64,000 nucleotides of DNA from Tubiluchus corallicola (lineage: Eukaryota > Animalia > Priapulida). Positions 51,001 to 63,000 of this stretch are shown piece by piece. A program made the position numbers and the translations under genes. Under the pieces are notes generated by a model. The model was not told the DNA's origin. It ran no database searches and saw only the letters and a list, made by a program, of their open reading frames with translations. How positions within the stretch are numbered: position 1 is the stretch's first letter; the number at the start of each line of letters is the position of its first letter. The stretch spans positions 1 to 64,000 of the forward strand of contig JAQGDQ010000149.1 of the NCBI GenBank assembly GCA_030141605.1. Reading direction: 5' to 3'.

Positions 51001-54000
51001 TCATTGCTACCATCTTGAAATTGAAATGTCATACCAAGAATCCAAATGTGCTTTAATACTATCTTGTAAAATCCTCATCCACTGTGAACTGATGGACCAA
51101 ATCACAACTCAGTTCTGTACAACCAACATATGTTAGAAGGCAATGTGTTAGAAGCCAGTGTATCAGTGTCTTTGACATTAGGTTTTTTTATGGGACAGCT
51201 GCTCACAATAAGATATGTTTTAAAAAACTAATTTTGGAAAAATGATTCCCTTAATGCAAGAAGTACTGTACAATGCTATTATAAAAATAGCTGCTGTGCA
51301 CCAGTAGTTAGCATGGCAGTAACTGAGCTGTAGGGTAAAACATTCAAACAATAAACACATTGTGTGTTATAAAAACATTTTATTGGACTACGCTACCACC
51401 ATGCTGCTGCTTTGGTATCATCCTGTTTCGAACAAGCTAACATCCATTAATAGCTTTACCTGTCTTGTACAGCACCAGTGCTATCAACACGGTCCTTGTC
51501 CATTCTAATCTTGAATACAACATGCTTTGGCAGGACATCGCTTATTTTATTGTCAAACACCAATCCAGCCCAGAACAGATCACTTTTAATCAACTTCAGC
51601 CCCTCAAGAACTAAATCTTGTTCATCAGATGCAGGAACAAATTTGTTAAATTCAAAACACTATAAAAACAAATAGTATTTATAATTCAATAGAAAAGTCT
51701 AGTAAATAAATGGGCATTTTCATAAAATTGGTTTTAAACAGTTTCCCCTGCGATATATTTCATATTATCACGGCAATTTTCTCTCAATGAGGAATATATA
51801 TACATCTCCTGGCTAATATGGATACAAAAACAGTGTTTAATCATAGAGGATTAAGTTTAATAATGACCTAGGATTTGATACTGCTACAGTACACCTGTAT
51901 CAGTTCAATTATTAATTCACTATAATTGTTAATTCATTATACCTGCAACAATTCACTTGTATAATTAGCAATGCTGTAACTTGTTTCCATTAGGTCTCGC
52001 CAGTCTGTAACATTTTCTTCAGGAGGTCCAACGTTTAAGAATGCAGCCAAGTTGTCAAATAGTTCATGAAGATCCATACCAGTCCGACCTTCCAAAACTT
52101 CTACGATGACAGGACTGTTGACAACTGCCTGCATAATAAATGACAAATGATTCTGTCCAAGATTTTTGAGGCAATTTTTTATGTAATTCGAAACCCTGCT
52201 TTGTTACTCACATGTAGTCTTACATTATTACTTACATTGGTGAGTTGTGCTTTTTTTCTGAACTTTGATCCTATTTTCTACGCATGTACGAATTTTGCTT
52301 CAAAACACTCCTTATCATTAATAAAAACTACAACCACAAGTAAATGGCCAAAAGCCATGCTTTAAAATATACCCATAAACAGGATCTCGGTAATTTATTT
52401 TAGCAACATAAATACTATGAAATGTTCCTGAAGTCAACGATACAGGTTCACTTCACACACTCTTTTGTACATCGAAAGAAATGACTATTTATTGTCAACA
52501 TTACATAAGATTACTAGGCTACATTACCCGCACAAAATTCAAAGTATCACTGTCATTAAACCAGTTCCACAAAGCAGGATAGACAACATCTAGGTATTCC
52601 TGACTGAGTCTCTGTATGGTGTTTAAAAGCTCAAAAGTACTATTAGCCTGAAATAAATAAAAAACTCTTCAACAATCAAGTTTTGGTTGTCCATACTACG
52701 AAACTATACATACAATATATATATACATGAAAATCAAAAACAAAAAAGAAAATGAAATTTCATTTTCTTGTTTTTGATTTTCATGTTGTATTTCAAACTG
52801 TGCATTCACTTAATGAGACTTTCTACACATGAAAACAGATTAGCTCGTATTTTAACATAAACTTACAAAGAAAAAGACGACAATAAAGTACTTTTGAAAA
52901 CTAGCAAAAATACTTGCCTCCTGGAGCAGTTGGCGTATGGCAGGCGTGTCTGGTGTATAAAGTATGTAACCAAGCAACATTGGCTTGAATTGTCTCCAAG
53001 TTATTCGAGCAAATGAACCAGCTGTTTCAATTGATGCAAAAAAATCATTGCAAAACTCGGCTGAAAGATTAAACAATAAAAAGTGCTAATCAGACGTTTT
53101 GAAAATGTAACACATTCTAACTTACAAGACACTACTTTGTCTGGCAATAATTATCTTGCATTAATATCTGACTCTAGTGGATGTGGATGGCATTCACTAT
53201 ATAAGCCTAATGTAAAACGTAATATTCTCTAAAACACAAACATTATGTTAAGTAGCAGAAGGCTGAACTTTAACAAGCTGCCATAGACAAACATAGTTAA
53301 ATATAGCTTGCATACAAGAAAGCAGACAAACATGGTAATTTTTTAAATGTGAATGTGTGCCAAGAAGATAAACAACTTTCTGTTTTGTTTTGCTAGCCAT
53401 AATGAAACTATGAATGCAGCATCCGCAATTAGTAAGGTACTACTGTACTTTTACTAAGGTAAAAACGTTTTTAATAGATATTAAGTAACTTACAAATTAA
53501 TGGATTGTACTCATAGACATAGTCTTCCACTTCCTGATACCCAGAATACTGATTGTAAGTTTCGGAACTTGCATCGCCCTTCATATAATATTTTAATTAT
53601 GTACTAGACATTTTACAGTAAACTGAGTACAAGAACAAAATGAAACAATTTACAAATGTTAAGTAGTCTGAAACAACTAAGTGTAACTTCTGCTAATTTT
53701 ACAACTGTAAATTATCTACTGTTTGCACTCTAGAAACTTCTCCTCCTCTCCAGCACCCTTCAGAGTTCACCCTCACAACTGTAAGGCAAAAATATAATGG
53801 CAAATAGTAGTGTTAAGCAAGGTTAATTATTCTTAAAAACATAAAGTGGTAATGCAGTAAACGAATACATATGTAACTAACTGTGTTAACTATTACTATA
53901 CGCAACATCAATTTTTATTTGTTTTATGACAAAAACAATACAATTGACTGTTTCCTGCTTAATTGGTGTAAACACACAAAAAAGACGCTACTTTTCAATC

Positions 54001-57000
54001 AGATCTTGCAAATATTGAAAGCTGCTTAAGTGTACCACATGTGTAATTATATGCAAGCTATTATGAAGATTTACAAGTGTTGATAAATTCGCAAGTTAAA
54101 GCAAAAAACAAATTGTCATTTTTATATAATATGGCCATAAGGGTTTTAATAAGTTTCTAAGCTAGAACCAAAAAAAGATAAAGATAAACTGCAGTGTATG
54201 CTTGTACAGTAATGTTCACTTGAAGTTTCAGAAAGTTTTTCCTTAACTACTTTTCAAAAAATATATTTTATATTAACAACATGGCAACTCACAATAAGCA
54301 AAATATGAAAACATACCAGAGCTGCAGAAAAAATGGAAGTATCAGAACCACATAAAAGTTTTTCCAGGCTACCTCCAGACCAGTTTCCAGAAGATGCATT
54401 GTTTAGTTGACTAAGAGCAGCTGCCAGTTCTGCGACACTGTCCAAGTTAGCAATCTGAAACCAATGCAACGAGTGTCGCCTGAAGAGTGGCTTGTATGGA
54501 TTCTTAAGCAAACTCTAATCATAGATCAATAGTAAGAATTTACTAAATTTAACAGAGCATAAAATCACTAAATGTACCCAATCATACTGAAGAGAAAAAA
54601 CACTACTTTAAACACAATATTCAATGTGTCAGATATCACAGCTGAAACTAAGCCCAGCCATGGTCCAGCTAACATTAATTAATTTTGAAACATGATTTTT
54701 TGTGTTCCCTCGATGTTAAATTACATCTTTTTAAGAATTACTGTTGTATACGCATTGCATACAACAATGGTATCAGGAAGCTGTTTAAAATACAATATGA
54801 TTGTAGTGCTTCTGATATGCCTGCAAATTTATCATTGTCACATTTTTTGCACCTTTGTAGTAAATCCTATTAGTACATATAAGTAACTATTGTCAACTGC
54901 ATATGAATTATACAATTTTGTTATTTTAAAACCTGGAGCAATAGACTGCTTGCAAATAATAATAGACGAACATGGTAACGAATATCTATTTATTGTAGTA
55001 GCATTTTTGGTGTAGCTTTTACTGTGGTATTTTATTGTAGTGTGATTTAACGCCTTTTTATGCTGAAATAAAGTAATCTAATCTTTATTAAAGTCATTAA
55101 GTCACTTCAAGCTCTTGTCCAAAGTAATACTAGTAAGGCCAAATACTTTGAAGTGTTGATTTTGCTAGTTCACATGGTTTACGGGTTATCTGGTTTGATG
55201 GTATAGTTGGCTCGATTTTGAGACATTTCTAAATAAAATGTAGAATAATAATCAAAAGAAATCAACAGCATTGCAGCCTAAGTGTGTAGCTTATGAACTA
55301 ATTTCATGAAATTTAAAAAAAACATTAAATAGCTCATTGCCTGAGCACCGACGGTTTTTTTTTGAGCAAACAAACATAAAGAAAAACTGCTAAATCATCT
55401 CTCATAAAACACTTTGTTTGAGCACCGACGGGGCTTTTTTGAGAAAACAAACATAAAGAAAAACTGCTAAATCATCCCTCATAAAACACTTTGTTATCTA
55501 AGAGATATTTGTTATTGCATAATAACATTTTATACAGCTCTTCATAAATGATTACAAACTTTACGGTGCAGGTGCACTTTAACAGCAATGGACACAATGG
55601 TACTGATACAGTGCAATGTTACCTACCTCAGCAGCAATCTCAAACAATATCAAGGCACTTTCATTCCAAGCTTCCTCATTTAACCCTTTGCCAAAATTCA
55701 TTTCCAGTAACTTAGAGATCTAAAGTAGTAATAACATCATTAAGGTACATGCAACACAGTAAATAAGCTACTTTAGAGTTGAATAAAAAACAAGAAACAT
55801 ACAAAACTTGGCTGAAAACAGGCTTATCAAAACTTTTTTCACATTTCCAGTTATCGAGTTATTTGGTCTGTAAATTTTATACATTAAGTTTGAGTTTATA
55901 TCATCAGTTCACTAATTAATCAACTTCTTTGTGTGCTTGTTACACTTATTTACAATCTGTGTTCATACTCTATGACCAGACAGATGGCGAGTCTGTAACA
56001 TGTTTGCGAATGTACATTATAACTTAGTATTATACTCGATCAGCACATTGTATACATGAGCAACTACTACAACTACAAAGTGATTCATCAGAATTCAAGT
56101 GTCTACAAAATTTGCTACTCAAAAATATTTGCATTTATAAAATGCAAACACTGATCAAGTGCTGACTTATTTCTATAGTATTTGTGCTATATTCTACATA
56201 TTAAATTAAAATGATTGAAGCATTATAAAATTGAAATATAGTTCTTACAGACTCCAAGACAGCAGTTTCATTCACTTCCACCAGGAACACTACTGCGAGT
56301 TCATTAATTTGATCATCAGTTAGATCACATGCTTCAAGGCTGACCTGCTGTGCTACTGAGTCATTAGGAAAAATCACAAAATAACTTAGCGTCGTTGCAT
56401 CACAAAAAATTAGTTTTGGATTGCTGCCAAATGCGATTAATGTGGCTGAAAAATCCTGCAAATATTACAACAGCATATCTTGTCATTAATACAAGTCACT
56501 GTTGAGGCAGTTGTCACAGATCTTCATGAAGGAAATGGTGGTGAAGAACAGAAGAATGGTTTTAGAGGAATGCAATTAGGCAAACCAAAGGTTAGGTGAG
56601 AACAAGCTGCTTACATGATACCATCAAGTTTTAAGTGAATCTGGTGAAGTAACCTCAGTAGGAGAAATACTGCACTGAAGAATTACAAGAATATGAATCC
56701 TCTTCATCGAGACTTTCAAATGCCATGCTTTTTTGCAAATAGGTACAAGACGTGCAATTTCAGTTCAAAGTAACCAACTGTATATATTCTCCACACATGA
56801 ATACTTGGCTAGAAAGATTTTACCACTTACAACAGAATAAGATCATTTTTACAGTCTTTCTATGAATTTAAGGAGTTTTTAAGAGCAATTTCTGTCCAGC
56901 TGGCATGTGAACAGTTATGTGATGCTTCTGTAACACTCTGGTAGCAACACTAAGAACACAAAAAGTTCCAACAGAAACATTGCATAATTCTAGTTTTTCC

Positions 57001-60000
57001 CAAAGATGCTCCTACGGGGCATTTTTTATCAACTTTGGTTTTTGCAAATCTGGCAGTTTACAAGGCACGTCAGCATTTGCCATTCTCACCACTCCATTCT
57101 CGGCAGTTCTATATTACAGTAAGTGTCTGGCACATTTCTGAGTTTTCCAGGAACTGTAACCCTTTTCATCAAAGAACTGATGCCACTGTTTAAGGAAATA
57201 CTTGTAAAAATATTGTGCTAATCTCTTTAGCATTTTTATTTGCCTCCTGAAATGGCAATGTATATACTTTAGATTGGCGGCATGCTGTGGAACTCCATCA
57301 AGAATTTGTTATCAAACCATATGTGCCGAAAGAGATGGACGTCAAACCAATTCTTGCTGTTTTGCCACTCTCATAGGGCATTAAATTGCCCATAGTTTCT
57401 ATATGCAATATGCAAGCCTTCTTGGTTATTAATACTTATAGATCTTGCATACTTTGTACTCTCAGAAAAAATTCCCAGTAGATTTTGTCTTTAGGCTTTT
57501 GCAAATGTTTCCATACATGATAAGTGTGGCATTTTGCAGTCTTTGCACAATTCCACAGTTGACTTTTCCAAAGTAAATAACATTGCCCCCACTTCAGTCC
57601 TTGTTGCACTTTATAACAGCCAAAGAATTAAAAACTGAAGGTTGCACTATTGTTGAGGGCCGAGTTGAGTAAGTTCTATCCTTGTGCACCGCAGGCTGAG
57701 TAAGTTACTTAGATTCCTTTATTAGTGTTTTTAGGTTTCAATTTTGAAGGAAACTTATAACCAGTGTTTGGTGCATTTACAAAAAAAATACTGATGCTAA
57801 CCACCTTTTGGCTTGGCAAAATGAACCATGTAAACAGTAACACACAGAAAATATGGGTATCATAGTATCAAACGAAATGTAAATTTGGAGAAAATAGAAA
57901 CAACATTGGAAGATTAAACAAGAATGCTGCAAACAGGCTAGGAAGAATGTAGATAAACAATAATGACTATATGCAGAACAAATTGAATTACATTTTGAAT
58001 TCAAAGTTAACATATATATCCTAATCAACTATGTCAAACATTATTGATAATACATAACCTCTTTAACTAATTCATTAATATATAGCTACGCCTCAGTCTT
58101 TTCCTTTAAATCAAATACACATTGATACATAAAGATTTAGTCAAACATGTCTTTAAATATTTAATCATATATTAATAGAATTTTTTCATTAAAATATTTG
58201 CATATAATTGATTCATTGCTGCAACTGTGCATGTCCTCCAACTGGGCCTGTACGGTAGACCATAAATCAGCAATGCAAGACATTACAGACTTAAAACAGA
58301 TACCAAACAATCTTAATTTTTGTATAGAAGAACAAACACTGAACTTACCCCTATAAAGGGCACAGGGTTCAGAGCAGAATTTAGCACATTAGTTACTGTG
58401 CTGTCAGATAGAGGAATTTTATTATCTTTGATGAAGTTCCTGATAACATCTGGATCATTCAAAAAATTTTCAATTGGTGTCTCGCTATCTGGAAAGTAAT
58501 GCATATGTCAGTAACAAAGTAATTATACTCTGACGAATGAATGTTACTTTAATTTAAAGGACACTATAAAAGAATTTCAAGCAAATTAATAAGAATTAGT
58601 TTGCAATTTAGCTTACAGATAATGGAAACTATATTCCACAAAAAACATTACTTAAAAACATATTATATGAAATAACAATTTCTAAGACTATTATAGAAAG
58701 CAAATTACATGTAAATTATGTGTATGAAAATGTAAGCAATTATATGCAAACATGTGCAAATTATTATAAGTAAATTCTCATATTAAAAAATCTACGAAAT
58801 TGGTTTAACGTTTAGAAATTTAAAATCTTAAATTTGAATTTAACTGAAACATGAATTTGCATTAGGACGCCTTATTATTAGTATTTCACTAAAAACATGA
58901 AATCCTGCAACTGAAAGATCCACGAGGTAAAAAAATCAATTAAAAAATCTTTATTTCATATGATTCTAAAGTAGATGATTTACATAATGTTTTGTATGAC
59001 CGACTTTATGTGAGTAAATATCAACACAAAAATAAGTTTTCCCTTTTGTTCTGGTAACTGTTAAAGACCTAATAAAGCCAACAAAAAGCTATAGATGAAT
59101 TTACAATATAACCTTATCAGCAAATATATAACAAACATACGCCTATATAGATACAAACAAATGTGTCATCTAGCACATACACTAGAAAGCCCTTTGAAAA
59201 CAAAAATGCCTTAAATGAGGTTGACAGCTACAGAGTTTCAACTATTTTGCACAAAACCCAGCTTGCTACACTATTATACCTCATTCAACTCCGAGTGTAA
59301 TATATTATGTATTTATGTATATATTATGTATATATTTTAGCAGAAATTTTAATTTTTTTGATTGAAATTTGGGATTTGCTTAGCATAAAGTGAATTGCAG
59401 ATAGCTGCACAAAGAAAGTTTTCCGATACTAATGCGAGTTGTACTGAATTAAATTTTACATTTGGTTTAGCTTATATTTAGTTTATTTGTAATTAACAAA
59501 TATAAAATATGCTATAGATTTGCAAGGGCTCCAAAATTGCAAAATTGCAGGAAATGTTTTGTATTTCTAAAGTCGGCTTTGAACATTTCTGAAAGATCTT
59601 GCAAAATTCTCCAGACTCTGCAAGATATGTGTTTCACAACCACTCCATCCTGTCTTTTTCACCTTTATAGAACTAAACATTTCACATGGCTTTTAATGCT
59701 ATGTGAATTTTAATGCTTAATCAAAAAGTCACATACCTGGCAGCTTGGCTGTTCCATTATTAATCATTTGTGATAAAAGTCCAATAAGCATTATATCTTC
59801 TCTTACAATAAACAGTGGAGACAAATCTGTCTGATTTTCTATAACTCCATTTATGTCATTTATCACATTAAATATCCTGCAAAAATGAAATTTATTGCAC
59901 ATCCACAAAGTTACTAATTAGCAAAACGAAACTGTTTGTTTTAATACCTATTTGTATTTTGCTTAACTTGATATACAGCACACGGCAATCAAATTTCAGA

Positions 60001-63000
60001 AATTGCAGACAAATTATAGATATTTTTAGATAGTACTCCACATTATGCACATTTGAGACTTAATATCATAACTAACTGACAAGTTTTCTCTCAAGATTAC
60101 TATTGTGTGTATTGGGTTTCTAAATTTGTACTTTTGCATGTATTAGGATTAGTAAGGCAATAAAATACTAAATGGGTAAGGACATAATTTTGCCATTAAA
60201 ATCCAGCAATGGTGTAAATTCTATTATTCTAATTAATTAATTAAGGTTTAAAAAAGACTAGTTGACAATGTTACTGACATGGTCATAAACTGAAGATTTT
60301 GCCAACAATAGTTGTAAAGTTCAGCCTTAAAAATGAAGAGACGACAGCCTTTCTTTGAAAGTGCTTATTTTCTTTTATTGAATTGCTTGAATACGTGGAA
60401 AGTGCATTTCACAATGAAACCTCAGTATTTAAATATTCAGCCCATCACCCGTGGGTCAAAGGTCAACAATCTTGGCATAACTTATATCGTTCAGTTTGTC
60501 TCACTGAGGCCTTTCATTTCATATACAACAACCTACTTTTGGTAGACCCTGGAAGGCATTTGTCTCCTTGACCCCTATTTTGCCCCTAACTGGGTCACAG
60601 GTTAACAATTCACACTGCAACCTATACAATTCGATTCGCCTCATCAAGACCTTTCATTTGATATGCTACATGGTACTATTTGTAGACACTTGATGCATTT
60701 TTGCTCCCGACCCCCATTTTTCGGTTTTTGCCCCCTAGCGGGGTCGCTGATTAGTTATTCTCCTTGTAACCTATGCTATTCGATCTGCCCCATTGAAACC
60801 TTTCAGTTCATATACAACAACCTACTTTTGGTAGACCCTGGAAGGCATTTGTCTCCTCGACCCCTATTTTGCCCCTAACTGGGTCACAGATTAACGATTT
60901 ACACTGTAACCTATACCGTTCGATTCGCCTCATCAAGACCTTTCATTTGATATGCTACACGGTACTATTCTAAGACACTTGATGCATTTTTGTTCCCAAC
61001 CCCCATTTTTGGTTTTTGCCCCCTAGAGGGGTTGTAGGTTAACCATTCTCATTGTAACCTATGGCATTCGACTCGCCTCATCGAGACCTTTCATTTGATA
61101 AGCCACAAGGCTCCATTGCTCAACACTCAATGCCCTACATTACCCGACCCCCATTACGGTACTATTCTAAGACACCTGATGCATATCTGTTCCCAACACC
61201 CATTTCTTGGTTTTTGCCTCCTAGCGGAAAATTTTTCCCCTCTCCAAATCACCCATATTTTGCCATATCCAACAACTTGGCCCCACCTAACCACATACCA
61301 AATATTGTTGCCCTAGCTCAAAAACTATGGGAGCAGATGGAATTTAAATGAAGACCCGACCGCTCTGTGACCTTTGACCTGGCTACTCGGGTCACATGTA
61401 TACATATATAATTTTGGCCAGAGAGTGTACCCTGTGAGTTTTGTGTCCCTAGCACTCAGCGTGTAAAAGGTCACAAATTGGGGGACCCCAAATTTTGCAT
61501 TTTGGCCCCTCACTTGGGCGTTTAAAGCTTGTCAGCTTTTTAAAACCCCAGGTGCACACCTGCCCCACAGTTCCCAAATACTTGAGAAAAAAATTGGAAA
61601 ATAACGAAAGCCTTAGGAGTTGAATCATCAAGGAAAAACTAATCAAAGCCCACTGTCTTTCCCCCTTGACCAGTGGTCACCGGTTGCTAAACAATTGTAT
61701 GTCCCCCACCCATGGCTACCAATCCTGCGAGTCTGGTGACCCTAGCTTGCAAGACTTGCGAGTTATTAAGCGTTAAAGTGGCGGAGAATAAATCATGACA
61801 AGGATAAACAGTAAGATTTTGCTATGGCAAAATCTTAATAAGAAACTAGGTATACTTACAGGGAGCCACCAAATGGATTTAAGCTGCCATTATTGTCAGT
61901 TTTTGGATATGCATGACAGGTATTATTAAATGTACATATCTGTGTTTGCAGCCATGAGCCCAATCCTGCTGAAGGCATAGCTTTAGACTCAAAGTGACCT
62001 AAAAATAGAATAGAATATGTATATACAAATACACCATAATAAATAGATATTTGCATTGTTAAAGTAGTCTTATCTATCAGTAATGCTACAACTAATGAAT
62101 TTTAACATTTTAGAAAGGCAAGGTCAGTTTAGAGCATCAAGTAAACCAGTATTAAAAGATGCACCTGATATTTCTGGGAATATATTTTTGACAAACTTGG
62201 TAGTTATGAAAAGTATTGTTACAGAAATTACTTTACTGTAGGAAAAGCATAAGAAGTACAGAAAATCTTTATGATTGGGTCATGCAATTAGCAATACGCT
62301 AACAACTCTAGCACATTTTTGCTACACCCATACCATCCATACCGTCCTGTAATACAAAGCTTCAAATGGCAATGCATTAATATATTTGATAAAAGCTAAA
62401 AAAAAACAAATAACATGTGACAATGCCTAGTGCACTTTCAAAAATAACTTGCTGTCAGTTGCTGACCTTTTAACTTTGACATTATGCAGGAGCTATTTAA
62501 AAAAACACTTCAAATGAACACAACTACATTTAGCTTATTCATTATGAAGGAACAATTTTTGCTGTACAGATGCTAAGTAATTTTCGTTTCGATCAAGCTT
62601 TGCCTCTAGCGAATTTGTGGTAATTTCAATCCTGAACAAAATATTTCTTTGAAAGAGATAAATGAAATACACCATAATGCGCACCTGGTTAACAAAATTC
62701 AAGTACTGCACAGTATTATTAACCATGCCATATTGTCACATGTGGTCTTAACACAAAGCAATGATAAAAGTGAAAACAATTCACAGTGGAACTTCTGTTT
62801 CTTTTTCGTTAAGAAGCTCATAAGATATGATGATCTAATGTTAATATTCCTGCCTCAGACTTTCTCAATCAATAATATATATGTACTCTCAATTACGTCG
62901 GGCAAATATGAAATCAAATATGAATTCATTGGTAAATAACATTGCATTTGATTTCATCAATACACATAAAAATTTGAGCAGTATGTTCTTAAGGATTCAC

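Larger units (their letters stand above)
60257..61840 (-). mobile_element. Helentron/DINE-1(HINE)-like non-autonomous element with an internal tandem array
   Basis: 11-bp-stem hairpin TAAGATTTTGC-TATG-GCAAAATCTTA (61812-61837), the same AAGATTTTGC motif at 60293, a CTAG terminus next to an A/T run, and internal ~289-bp repeats. Confidence 0.65.

Noticed and set aside
53720-53778. Purine-rich exon-like segment after a good minus-strand acceptor in ABCA intron 8
   Set aside because: Immediate stop (TTG TGA) in the required phase 0 and no convincing donor.
60333-61646. Cluster of short ORFs, and a regularly recurring motif that could suggest a CRISPR-like array
   Set aside because: The sequences between the motifs are themselves repeated, the context is a eukaryotic intron and there are no cas genes. 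It is a tandem array inside a transposon and the ORFs are incidental.
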